64,000 bases of DNA from Sminthopsis crassicaudata (taxonomy: Eukaryota). The translations under genes were made by a program, and so were the position numbers. Positions 24,970-37,379 of this stretch are shown piece after piece. Position 1 is the first letter of the stretch. The number at the start of each line of letters is the position of its first letter. The notes under the pieces were generated by a model. That model ran no database searches. It saw only the letters and a list, made by a program, of their open reading frames with translations, and was not told the origin of the DNA. The DNA lies in the NCBI RefSeq assembly GCF_048593235.1, contig NC_133620.1, forward strand, positions 270,149,765 through 270,213,764, given 5' to 3'.

Positions 24970-27781
24970 GCTTTGGAAAGATGATTTATTAAATCACGTC
25001 ATTGCACTTGGTCATTTTATTGCTACAGCAAAACAAGGCCATTTTATTATTGTAACACTTTTCATTTCTGAGTATAACTGATTGTCTTATTCTGCTCATC
25101 CATTGTAAGTTTTCATGTGGACAAAACATTTAAATATAATTTGGAGCACATTTTGTTGTGCTATGATCACAGTGAGAAAATAGAAAATAAATTTCTATGA
25201 CATCAGGTCTATTTTTCCATTTTCATCAACAGAGAAATCTTAATAGTAAATAAAAAAAATACAGACACAACAAATATTTTTAAAATTGGGAGTATTCATC
25301 TTTGATGTTTTTAGGATATGTGAATACTAAACCAATGCTACATGTCAAAAACTGTGGCATACTTGTATATGCAGTGCATTCTCAGATATTTCAGCATTTT
25401 AATGGCCACCACAGATATCACATAGTTGACTCAAAGCTTTGTGCTTATGTGTGCACATTTGACAAGAACATTTAATCAACTCATGAAAATTGCACCCCTT
25501 TCAGAATGTAAATTCCACATTCCTACATATTGTATTTCTATATACAATAATATGATGATACAGCTCTCATGAACATGAATTTCTAGTGACATTATATATA
25601 ATACCCCAAAACTGTATTGGCAAGCTGCCATACTGAAGGAACATTTTTCTTCTTTAAATGAAGACAGATAAGTGGAGACCATTTAATGCAACTGCTTTTT
25701 TCTTTTCCTTAGGAAGTTAGGGATAGAGCAGCTAATGGATACCAGTGACTTTCTTCTAAAGATTTTTTGCAAATCTCATATTTAAAAAACAAGTTTACTG
25801 TCCTGATGTGTTTTAATTAACTTATGAATGATCTTACTACTAGCAAACCAAGGAAAGAAAGAAAAACTTCCTTGAACATACTTTCTAATGAAGATGATTC
25901 CTAGATTGTAGAGAGCTTAATTTTTTTTTCCTTTAGCACTATGTGTCTATCATTAAAACCAAGGCAGGGAAGGGGAGAGGAATGTTTTTTTGGGAAAAGG
26001 TTTGGATAAAAAAAAATCTTCATTTGCTTGGTCAAATACATGGAACAATGGTCGCTAATTTTGATGGGTAATGATTTGATTGGGACAGAAATCTATGACC
26101 TTCATAATGAGGTAACACATACTTATTTAACCAAATCAGCTCCTCCCAAAAGCAATATATGCATTATTTCAACATCAATATGAATCAGTATTTTGATTAT
26201 CTTGTACTGGGGGAAAATAATTATAATTTAAAAAAACCCAAACATTTCAGCTGTACAAAATTAAATTGCAAAGCGAAAAATTTGTATTAAGTTTTAAGTT
26301 GAAATAACAAGGAAAAAAAAATTACAACTTTCTGGCACAGCCACCCTACAACCCATCATAAGTCTTATTTTATCCGCTGGAAATCTACTGGCTATTTGCA
26401 ATAATGGAGTTACACTTTTAAACTGCAGCTATGCTTTTAAAAAGACATTAGTTACCAGTAAAACTATAAATCCTAAGTAGGACTATGTTCATATTTGAGG
26501 GTTTTGACATATTTTTAGGAATATATTTTAAAATTGTGTCAAGGTTGGTGAATTTAAGGAGATGTTGACCATGTGATTTATGAAAATGCAATACTTTAAA
26601 AAACAAATGTGATGATAGAACAAATGTGATGACACTGTGATCTCTGAAGTAAAACAGCATTCTTTATAAAGTTAATATGTACTCGACAGTTCAACTTAAC
26701 TCCAAAAAGTTAATTAGGCAAATAATATTTCTTAAATTGAATATTTACATGATGAGTTGACTGCTCTGAAAGTATGAACTCTTGATGAATTTCCTAAAGA
26801 TTTGCATTTTATTTTAATAATGGTACTTTAAAAGGGGAGAGGATTAAATTATAAGACCATAGGCTAGGTAATATTTGATTAAGCAGAGAAATACAGCAAT
26901 AAGGCTGGTGTTTACATGTTAAATGTGCTACAGTTTCTAAGCACATTGAACTGAAGGGACAACTTTCTGGCTGCTTAGCTATGACAGATTTAAGAATATC
27001 TTATTCTTTTAAAAATATACTTAATGATTGAAATACAGTTTAATAAATTCCTTTTTTGAACCCTATAGTGCAAATGGCATGAAATATTTCAACTATCAAA
27101 TTTACTTTATTTCATAAGCTATTTAAATTTGCATATGTGATTGATTCATCTGCTTTATAGCTAACACATTTCTGTTTTGTCACCCAAATGATAAACAGCA
27201 CTGCAGACATATAGGCACAACAGTGTAATCTTGGGTAGGAAAGCTAAAAATAAAATATATATATATATTTTAATATACATACATATATACACATACAAAT
27301 ATCCTATGTCCCTTTTGCACTATGGGAAAAATAATTTCTACAAGTTAGTGATTATTAAGCTAATGTGTCCCTCCCACAGTCTATTTTGCAGGTTACTTGA
27401 AGATATATATCAACCTATTTATAGTATAGACGTCTTTGAAAATTACACTGTTGGTATTCAATAAAAATCTATTACCAACTTCCTCTCCTTTTTATACAGG
27501 TTCAGTAGTATTTTCATGCAAACCAGGAAAAAAGAGGTTTGCAATTCCAGCACAGTAAGAAATAAGGCCTCTTTTTCATATTGGCAAATAAAATAAAATA
27601 AAATACACAATTTTCATCTTTCCCCTTCTGTAAGATATGAAAACTCATGTACTCATTTTTTCCCCCTATAGCACGCCAAAAATCTTTTGTTACTTGGAAG
27701 TAAACAAGTCAGTTTTCAGTTCATATTCTCGTTTATGAATCCCTGGCCAAAGAAGAACACTGAGTCTACGTCACACCTCCC
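24970..27781 (-). other. CD2AP: CD2AP 3'UTR (distal end approximate)
   Basis: ~2.8 kb of AU-rich sequence after the stop with no recognisable repeats, ending at a cluster of AATAAA hexamers. The end is inferred, not shown by transcript data. Confidence 0.7.
24985..25048 (-). terminator. Cluster of three canonical polyadenylation hexamers (AATAAA on minus)
   Basis: TTTATT on plus at 24985-24990, 25016-25021 and 25043-25048. Confidence 0.6.
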
Positions 27782-27823
27782 TCAAGAAGACAGGGCTACT
27801 TTTTTCAGCTTTTCTATTTCCAC
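27782..27823 (-). CDS. CD2AP: CD2AP terminal exon 18 equivalent, coding part (42 nt incl. TGA)
   Basis: cctttttag|GTGGAAATA...TCTTCTTGA; VEIEKLKKVALSS*, matching the CD2AP C-terminus. Exons 9-18 total 993 nt = 331 codons with no internal stop. Confidence 0.96.
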   Translation of the reverse strand: MEIEKLKKVALSS

Positions 27824-28299
27824 CTAAAAAGGAAAAACAGAGCATAAGCAACAGTGGCATCTTGGCTGTATTAAAGCTTCTCTGTCTTACCCCTAAATCT
27901 TATAACTTGATCTTTTTACATTTTCAACAATGACAAAATAAGTATAGACCATAGTAGTTATCAGGTTCCATTATCTTAAAGTACCTGAAGTTTAATTCCC
28001 ATGAACTTGATGAGAAACCAATGCCATGGTCAAGAGGCACTGAAAACTTGTACAAAGATTTCACACTTACAGAGGGTAAATATTTTCATAGATCAATAAA
28101 GAAGGAAGTTTTTGTCAACAGTCAAGAAGCAATAATAAAGCTCCTACCCTGTGCAATGGAATAACCATGTGATTTTGGATCAATCCCTCAACCTTTTTGA
28201 ATTGATCACCTGTTCCAGAGAATGTGAGTTGATTAGGGAGGGGAAAAAAAATTTGCTTTGTTTCACTTAGGGCCCAGTTAAATTAATATACCTAATTTA

Positions 28300-28930
28300 T
28301 AAGGAACCTAGTTTACAGAGTTTCTTGATTTCCTGCAATTATATTCCATGAACAGAAGTCAGAGAAGAAGAACAAAGGTGTAGTGATTGATCTATGGCTG
28401 GGGTTTGTTAAAATATGATGACAACATGCCAAGAGGTCAAAGTGCTGAGAGGACAGGGCAGAGATGAGATAGTTCACCTTGGGAAGGGAAATACAATGTA
28501 GGATATGATGGCCTGGGTAAGAAATGACTAGTGGAAGGAATGGTGAAGATGATGAAGATGAAAAGTTATGTTCAGATAAAGGAATTTCAGAATTCATGCA
28601 AGTGAAGTGGAACCCTTATGACATCAAGTCAAAGGGAAGGATCAACTCTTGTATTTATAACATAGGGAACTAAGAAATTGGTATATAGTCCTACATGAAA
28701 GACAGACTGTGAATTGGGTATTGAACTCAAATGTCAAAAACCCACTAGTGGGGTGAGTGATAAATTTGAATAGTGTGAATGTCAAAGAAAAAAGAAGTTG
28801 CTTATATAAGTTGGTAGAAAGAGTCTGGAAGTGACGAGTAAGGACTATTCTGACTCCTTGGATATATGACCAGTGAGCCAGGAGGGCATTCAGGGAAAGA
28901 AGTACAGCCTAAAGCAGAAAGAGGATAGGG
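28300..28930 (-). mobile_element. Decayed L2-like fragment in intron 17
   Basis: Purine-rich decayed LINE-like sequence. Confidence 0.5.
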
Positions 28931-29160
28931 AAAGATTTTAAACTAAATCAGTTTTTACTTATTAATATCCATTCAGTTAAATAAACCTATCTATTTTACT
29001 ATGATATGAGTAAAACAACAGAAATTTTAGCTAAAGCATAGTGTCTGTTTCTTAAACAGCTAAAAGCATATATATAGTCTCTATAAATAATAAACAGAAA
29101 ATTATATGACTAACATAAAATAATACACAAATATATAGCAGGTACAACCAAAGGACTATG
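28931..29160 (+). repeat. ~230-bp direct repeat, copy 1 (copy 2 at 30588-30817)
   Basis: aaagattttaaactaaatcag...acaaccaaaggactatg occurs twice, 1.66 kb apart. Confidence 0.95.
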
Positions 29161-30587
29161 TATAGAACGAGCAAAGTCTTAGTGAGTGTCAAGAGATGAT
29201 GAAAGGAAATTAGGACACCATATTAAGAGACAATGAAGGAGAATCTGAGAAGCAAATATGACATTTAAATATTTGTCTTTACATGTTATCTCCTCTCATA
29301 GGGCTTTAATTAAAATATATAGCTACTTAAATGCCTAGAAAACTTCGCATGTGTGTTGACAGGAAGTTTTTGTATGTTGTTATATATGTGAAGTAAGAAA
29401 AATCTTCTTAAGGTTTTTGGAGCTACAATATGTAGCATAATGGTTAAAATTTTAAGGACTTCAACCTGAATAGTATCTTTATTATATGAGGTAAATGACC
29501 ATGTGGACTTTTTCTGTACTTTAATATTTTGGATCTTTTGGTCTTTTTAAAAAAAAGTAATTCACCCATCTTATTCAGTATTTTTTTTGGTCATTTTAAT
29601 AAAGCACCATATTAGCATCAGGGAGGTAATGCAATGGATAGAATACATGAAAAGAGGAAGACCCAAACCGACACAGACAGTTGCTGTGGCATTGGACAAA
29701 TGGCTTACTCTCCTGAAATCTCTGGAATGCTCTAACATCTATCTTATCAGGTTTTTATAAAGATCAAATGAGATAACATATATAAAGCACTTTGCAAATT
29801 TTAAAGCATTATATAAATGTGATCTATTAAGTATAATAATAATAGTCAGAAATATTTTTCTTTTATCTGGATAGCTATACACTATTATCTTGTCTAAGAT
29901 ATTTAACACATACTTTACTGAGTTTATAATCACTTTTTTTTTCCATTTTTAAAAACTAGAAAGCCTTATGAAAACAAGAATCAGGTATAGCAGAGTACTA
30001 TGTCAAAAATAATTCATCAGCAGCTTTCAGATCAAAAACTTAAAACAAAAATTTAAGTTCATGATTTTTAAAATCCCATATTAATCAACAAAAGTTGAGG
30101 TGCCTTTTATGACCAGGGCATTATGCTAAATGTTGAGAATTAAAATACAAAGAATGGAATAATACATATTCTTGAATTTCACATTCTACTAAAGAAAACA
30201 AGTACCAATATAAGCATATATTGTTATTATATTAAATATTACCAATATAAGCATATATTATTATATTAAATATCAAAATATTTATATTATAATCATATAA
30301 TCATATATTAATTTTAAAATTAAACATTATTTGAATATATTTAAATGTTAAATATTAATACATATTAAATGTTAAAATATTATTAGCAGTTGGGGGAATC
30401 AGGTAGGAATTATCTAATTTATTAATAAAATTATATTTTCTTTACAACTCAATTTGCTAGAAACATTCCATTCAATTAAAAGAAAAATGAATGTTAAGTA
30501 AACCTAATACTTATTAAGCAAGTACCTCAGAACCACAAAAATCTGCTAATGCTTTTATCAGTCTATGTTTTTCCAATTCTCTCCCCA

Positions 30588-30817
30588 AAAGATTTTAAAC
30601 TAAATCAGTTGTTATTTATTAATATCCATTCAATTAAATAGAACTACCAATATATTTTACTATGACATAAGTGATACAGAAAAGAAATTTTAGACAAATC
30701 GTAGTGTGTTTCTTAAGCAGCTAAAAGCATATAGTCTCTATAAATGATAAACAGAAAATTATATGACTAACATAAAATAATACACAAATGTATAGCAGTT
30801 ACAACCAAAGGACTATG
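30588..30817 (+). repeat. ~230-bp direct repeat, copy 2
   Basis: Matches 28931-29160 with scattered substitutions and small indels. Confidence 0.95.
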
Positions 30818-31727
30818 AGAGATCCTTGCTAACTTCTAAACTGGACTTGAAAGAACATGCAGAAATTTGGGGAGCTTAGAAAAGAGATTTCAGGAAAAAG
30901 TGAAATATTTATGTATGAGAAGGCAAACAGTTTAGTTTGGCTGAAATAGAGAATATGAGAAGGGGATCTGTTATGAAATAAGGCTGGAAAATTCATTAGA
31001 CTCCACACACTGTGGAAGACCATGAATGCTAAGTTTCTATAACTTTACCTGGCAAGGAAAAGGGAACCACTGAAAACTTTTTAGCAGAAGAATAAGGACC
31101 AGATCTATGTATAAGGAAGATTAGTTTGGGGAAACATGAAGGAAATATTAGATGAGAAGAAAGTGGAAGCAAAAACTATTCTTACAAACCTACTGCAATT
31201 GTCCAGAAGGAAAATATGGTAAGACTTAGCATTTGAAAACACAATGAGATAAACATATAAAAAACAATTTCTTTCCCACATACATATGTTCTATTTTCTA
31301 AATAAGCTATAATTTACCAAAAGACAGGACCAAACTTCTCGATGACATTTCCTCCCTCTCCCATGTAATTTTATTGATATTGTGGATTCCCAATCAAGAA
31401 ATTCCATCCAATTCAAACAGGCAACTGGTTTTCAATTTATGATCTTGAGAGATGTTTGAAGCATTGAGAAGAAATTTATCCAGTGTCACATAGTCATTAA
31501 GTGTCAAAGGTGGTCCTGGACTGGGATGTTCCTGATGAAGGCTCTCTATTCACTATGCCAAGCTGTTTGACTCTCCCTTTTAAAATTTTAAAAGCAACAC
31601 AATAATCCCTTTTTCAACAGTATAAAGTACCATATTCTACATGATGTAGATACTCATTATGTTTAGTACCCCCTAGTATTTTCATTTTGATGCTGAATCA
31701 TGTCAGAATATTTTAAAACTTTATTAC

Positions 31728-31791
31728 CTCTAGGTTACTTCTAATTGTCTTTTCCTCTTCCAATTCTTTTCTTAGTTTTTCCAGTTCCTTC
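31728..31791 (-). CDS. CD2AP: CD2AP exon 17 equivalent (64 nt)
   Basis: tttttag|GAAGGAACTG...CTAGAG|gtaata; (G)KELEKLRKELEEEKTIRSNLE; phase 2/0. Confidence 0.96.
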
Positions 31792-32654
31792 CTAAAAACC
31801 AAAAATAGCTTTTCAGATATGTATAGAAGTAAAAATGGCCATGTCAATATGTATACATTTTAAATTTCTAGTTCAAATATCAGTAAAGTAATAAAAAAAT
31901 TGAAATGTTTAAACATTTAGTAACAAAATTAAACTTTAAAAAAGTAAAAAGAAAATTTTAGGAAGCTTTGAACAAAGTCTATGCATTCAACTAATATGGT
32001 CTTTCTTGGATTGACTTTGTAAATACAAATGAAATTTAATGCAGTGTGTAATAAAATATCATGACATCAATCTATCTACCACGCTAGGGCAGATTTTTAA
32101 TTAAAAGAAAGTTACTTCACAATAGTAATACACCTAATATTGATAATTTCTAAAAGAAATACTGTTGAAATGAAGTATATATTATAGTAATGGTAAGGCG
32201 GCAGGCAAGAATTTGTTTCTCAAAATTTAACTCTGGCTTCAACTAAGCTGAATGAAGGAAAAGCTCATACAACTACCAATTGTTATACATACCTCAATTC
32301 AATGTAGCCTAACACTGGGATTTTAAAAGTTATTTTTTCAACACATAAAATTCAGCATACTATAACAAACTGGAAAGGCTTTTAAGACAGAACAATGATG
32401 AAGCAGACACTTATTTTACCAAGGTTTGTTAGCTCAGATAAAGAAACTCATCATTAGGTGAAGAATATTTTCAGTTACTGAAACTAATTATGTAACATTT
32501 TTTAAGGGCTGGGGGTTGCAAACTATATAGGTAGAGAACTACTATCCAAACACATGAAATTACAAATTACTTAAGTATTTTGAGTGTATATGTATGTGTA
32601 TTGGCTGTTTGTGAGATAATAAACACAGTTTGAATTTATTGATTTAAGACTGGA

Positions 32655-32945
32655 TTTTTTTCCTTATCTCACCTAAGGAGGGCAGCTCAGCAGTCACTCA
32701 CAGGCCTGTCCTTTCTGCTGATATACACAGAAATTTTGATCTACTTGATCTTTGATTTGGGTCCATTTGCTATCCCTAAATGGCCTGGTGGTTCCCCCTT
32801 CACAGCTTACCATAGAGGTACTAAATTTATTCTAGACACCTGACCCGCTTTAATCCTAGGGCAACTCAAAACTCCTGAACCCAAAGAATCCATTATCCTC
32901 AACTTTCCTAGGACCAAGACTCCAAGCATGTATCAAAACCAGGCC
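32655..32945 (-). pseudogene. Degenerate, near full-length 7SL (SRP RNA) retrocopy
   Basis: Collinear with the 7SL reverse complement as recalled (tcacaggc; ctgctgat..ttttgatctac; cctggtggttccccc; gacacctga; aactcctgaacccaaagaatcc; cctcaactttcc); T-run at 32655-32661 is the A-tail on minus. Confidence 0.8.
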
Positions 32946-33689
32946 AGGACAGATTTCATTAAGAACCAAAAAATGTGAGAAATCCAAAACTAAAAACCAG
33001 AAGTTCCTAAACTTTTAAAGATTATCATATATTCATATACTTATTTTTGTCATTTTTCATTATTAGATAAAATTTTGAAATTTTGTAATAATAATACTTT
33101 TGCTACGTCAGTTAAGAAATATTTCTTACAATTATTCAACAATTATGCACTTATTGTTTGCACACCATGGTTAACTCTGTTTACAAATTAATGCTGCATA
33201 CTTTATATTACAAATGACATGTGGTTGTTTCAACGTGCTATTTTTCAACTACACAGTCCTTATTCCTTCCAGAGTGGGATACATAAAAACTGTCAGGAAA
33301 AATCAATGTTACATTTTAAGGTAGTTTCTACAATGTATACTAGAAAAGAATGCTTTCAATAATATCTTATGAAAAGTACTAAAAAACAAAATCTACATTT
33401 TTTGTAAAGTATAGGGATGGTATTATTTGAACTCCAAGGGAAAATAAAAGTTCTAAATATATAATTAACATTTATCAAATGTTATAGATAATACAATCTA
33501 AACTTTTAAATATACCTGTTTATTAAAAAAAATTATTAAGAATTATTGTCCCAAAAGGATTATAGCAATCTGCAGAAGTAGGTAATCATTGTTTAAATTT
33601 TCTACTCCCTGGAATGTAATCACAGATTCTTTGATATGGATAACCTACAAATAACCAACATAATTTCTGTTTTAAAATTCTGTGGTGAA

Positions 33690-33875
33690 TGAGAAATGTG
33701 GTAATATGTTTAGAAGGGTTGTATATATTTAACCTATATTCATTGGATGCTATCTTGGGAAGGGAAAAGTGGGGAGAGAAAAAAAATTGGAATACAAAAT
33801 CTTATATAGAAACAAATGTTAAAAATTATTTTCACATATATTTGGAAAAATAAAATGCTATTTAAAAATAAAATT
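33690..33875 (+). mobile_element. L1 3'-tail fragment in parent intron 16 (absent from the duplicate)
   Basis: tttaacctatattcattggatgctatcttgggaagggaaaagtggggag...aaaaataaaatgctattt. Confidence 0.75.
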
Positions 33876-34035
33876 CTGTTGCTATAGCATTAGAAAAATG
33901 TTTTGAGTCCTAATCTATTTTTAGAGCTTACTTACAATTAGAGGAACAAACACATCATTAGTTTTCTAATATCCCTTCTAGGTTGATATACCATGAATTA
34001 AATAATACTCCTCCAAGAGAAAAAGCAAAACTTAC

Positions 34036-34211
34036 CCATGTTCCTTTTTGATTGCTTCTACAACACACAGTAATTCAACAACTTGTGTTCTGAGGTCATC
34101 TAGTATGTTTCTCTTCCCATCATCAAATTCTCCTTTTGTTTTGGCATCTACTGAACTGAGGAAAGTTGTTCTAGGACATGAAGCTGCAGAACCTGAAGTA
34201 TACCCAGGTGC
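34036..34211 (-). CDS. CD2AP: CD2AP exon 16 equivalent (176 nt; start of C-terminal coiled coil)
   Basis: tttttcag|GCACCTGGG...GAACATGG|gtaagt; APGYTSGSAASCPRTTFLSSVDAKTKGEFDDGKRNILDDLRTQVVELLCVVEAIKKEH(G); phase 0/2. Confidence 0.96.
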
Positions 34212-35020
34212 CTGAAAAAAAAAAAAAAGAAAAGAAAAGTAACCAATATATAGGCAAAACTATATTGTACAGTAAATAGCTTAAAAGCCATGTAGAAAGC
34301 AGTATGCTAACTAAGAAAGAGGGGAGTTGTTTAAAGAAATAGGATACAGAGGAAGTTTACTCATAAATCCAAGACATTAAAAAACACTTCAAAGATGAAA
34401 AGAAGAGCAAGTAATGAATACAAAAAAAAAAAAAAAAAGTAATGAACTTTTAAGAATAAAGATTTTTTTAAAGCTCAGAATTTAATTCAAAAAACCATAT
34501 TAAGGGCTTACTATACATATTCCATTATGCTAAATGTTAGTGATTCAAAGATAAATCTCTGTTCTTCAGGGAGCTTACTTATATTTGGTTTGATAAGATA
34601 CATGCAGTGAAGTAAATGCAAAAATCACAAAGTATTTTCTAGGAGAAAGGACTAATAACAGGAGAGGATCAGGAAAGATGAATTTAAGAAGTCATACCTA
34701 AGTTTTACTTCAAAGGAAGTTGGGGATTCATAGTCATAAAAGTGAGGAGAGAGCATTCCAGACTGGAGAGAAAGGGGGGCTGGTTAGAGCCTACATAAAG
34801 GCAAGGAGAGAGGAGCTGGGATATTGTATGTGAAGAATGTTAAGATATCAATTTCACTAAAACAGAGAGTATGGGAATAGGAATAATATAAAAGAAAACA
34901 AGAAGTCAAATTATAGAAGGCAGAATGAACTGAGGCTAGGAGAGATAATAAGATTTTCTTTAAGGAATAGGGTAATTGTTTTGTTTTCTTTTAATTTTCT
35001 TTCTTTTTTTTTCTTTTTTT

Positions 35021-35156
35021 GCTAAGGCATTTGGGGTTAAGTGACTTGCCCAGGGTCACACAGCTAGTAAGTATTAAGTGTCTGAGGTCAAATTTGAACT
35101 CAGGTCCTCCTGACTTCCAGGCTGGTGCTCTATCTACTGCACCACATACCTGCCCC
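35021..35156 (-). mobile_element. WSINE1-type tRNA-derived SINE
   Basis: rc of ggggcag..ggtgcagtagatagagcaccagcc..gtcaggaggacctgagttcaaat; T-rich tail on the left. Confidence 0.92.
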
Positions 35157-35259
35157 TAATTGTCTAATTTTTTAAAACTAAAGGTGAATGTGAAGAAAAA
35201 AGATGATAAGAACTTATGACAGACTAACCACGTTGTCTTTCTTTTTTTCCCCCGCAGGA

Positions 35260-35509
35260 AGAAATAGTGTGCCTTGGTTCCAGAAAAGCATTAGCTAAGT
35301 CCATCAGGACATTTTATAGATGAGATGGGGAGATATCAGCTAGGCAATTGTATAATTGAATGATTTGAGAAATAGCTGAATGATGGATCATCTCAAACAA
35401 TTTATTACTAGAATTATGTTAACATGGAAAACAGTCTCTGATGAAATGTCATAGTAATCTATCCTTGGCCTTGTAGAGTTTAACATTTTATGGCATTGCC
35501 TGATTTTAC

Positions 35510-35544
<35 letters not shown>

Positions 35545-35660
35545 TATATGTAGAGTCATGACCCAAAAAAAATCCAAATAAGAATGTCCATAGAGCACAT
35601 ATGGAATGGGATTAGGTTCTATGAACTAAGTATCAGGACTGTTGACTCTATAATTGCTCC
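35260..35660 (+). mobile_element. L3/CR1 RT fragment
   Basis: Decayed CR1-like segments (cagaaaagcattagctaagt; cagtctctgatgaaatgtcatagtaatctatccttggcc). Confidence 0.55.
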
Positions 35661-35696
35661 CCCCCCCAAAATCTTTATTATTTTTTTTGGGGGGGT

Positions 35697-35824
35697 GGCA
35701 ATTGGAGTTAAGTGACTTGCCCAGGGTTATACAGCTAGGAAGTGTTAAGTGTCTGAGTCACATTTGAACTCAGGTTTTCCTGACTTCAGGATTAGTGCTC
35801 TATCCACTGAGCCACCTAGCTGCC
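35697..35824 (-). mobile_element. WSINE1-type SINE
   Basis: aattggagttaagtgacttgcccagg...ccactgagccacctagctgcc. Confidence 0.9.
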
Positions 35825-35950
35825 GCTAGCTAAATTGATTTTAACTTTTTCTGTTATAAGTGAAGTCAGTGAGTAGTGGTGGAGATAGATCTGGATTAAC
35901 TGTCATATAAAATCAAAAAACATCTATAAAACATTCATATAAAGGGAGAA

Positions 35951-36106
35951 CAGGCAGCTAGATGATATAGTAGATAAAGTACCAACCCTAAAGTCAAGAG
36001 GCTCTAAATTCAAATACAGATTCAAACACTTGACACTTAGTAGTTATGTGACCCTGGATAAGTCACTTAACCCATGACTGTCTCACAAATAAATGAATGA
36101 ATAATA
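35951..36106 (+). mobile_element. tRNA-derived SINE (absent from the duplicate block)
   Basis: caggcagctagatgatatagtagataaagtacc...gtgaccctggataagtcacttaaccc...aataaatgaatgaataataa. Confidence 0.85.
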
Positions 36107-37379
36107 AAGGAATATATCTCAAACACTGGACAGTTAATAATTTTTCTAAGATAAAGTTTTTTGCAAAGTACTAAAAGATAACATTATTATTGTTACAATT
36201 GAATAACTTAATATTCCAAGTTATTACAGTAAAAATATTTTCACAAATGGGAAGTTATACAAAGTTACTTCAGTAAAATGGAAGTTATATATTCTGGCTA
36301 TTAATATTAGCTAGCATTAATGTAATGCTTTCAGGTTTGCAAAGCATTTTAAAAATAGTATCTTATTTACTTCAATTCTGGGAAGAATTATTAGATCCAT
36401 TTTTACAGAAAAGGAAACAGGCAGATAGAGGCTAAGTGACTTGTACAAAGTCACAAAACTACTAAGTGTTTGAGGCTAGATTTTAACTCAGATATTAATA
36501 ACTCTAGGTCCAGTACCCCTGTATCACTTAGCTGCCTCTTAACTTATTATAATATTTAAAATAAGACAGAAAATAAATGCATTGGGTTTGAAGAACATCA
36601 CAGCTCATTAAAGGTAATAAAAATCTGATTACATAGTTTGGTTTGGTTTCATTTCGTTTTTAAAGAAAAAAAGATGATTTTATAGTACTTAAATGATTCT
36701 ACTTACAGCATTAGTAACATCATCAGTAATATCAATTGTGAAAAAATACATATATGAAAATAATTTTCAGTAATAGAGGGCAAAGGGCATCCTTTATATA
36801 TCATATAACTCAGTTCCCAGTTTTGCTTTTCTCTTTGCAAAATATTCCCTACTATACATCTAAGGGCTCAGCAAATAAAGTGCTAGAACTGGATTTGGAA
36901 AGACCTAAATTTAAATGCAGCCTCTAAAACTTTCTAGTTGAACGATGCTGAGAGTTATCACTGATCCTTTGTCTTCCTCAGTTTTCTTCATTTGTAAAAT
37001 AGGGATAGTAAAAGCACCTATCTTCTTCCTCAAGTTGTAGTGAGGATCAATTAAGATAATATCTCTAAGCATTTCCAGATATTATTATTTAGCAAAACAT
37101 TTCTCTATCAGAATTAGTAAAAATTTTATAATCTCCTTGTGGGTGGTTCTACATGTTTGAACATGTAAACCTCAATGATTTAGAGAATATACACTATTCC
37201 CAGTATCAATTAATGATTAACAATATTATATGATGAAGGCATATACATATGTAGTGTGACTAGTAATGACTACTATTCTATTTTTACAATATAATGAATA
37301 ATACTTGGTTAAGTATTTCCTTAAACCTTCAGTCACTAAATCAGTTAATTTTTATTTTAGGACAGTCAATCAAAAAAAA

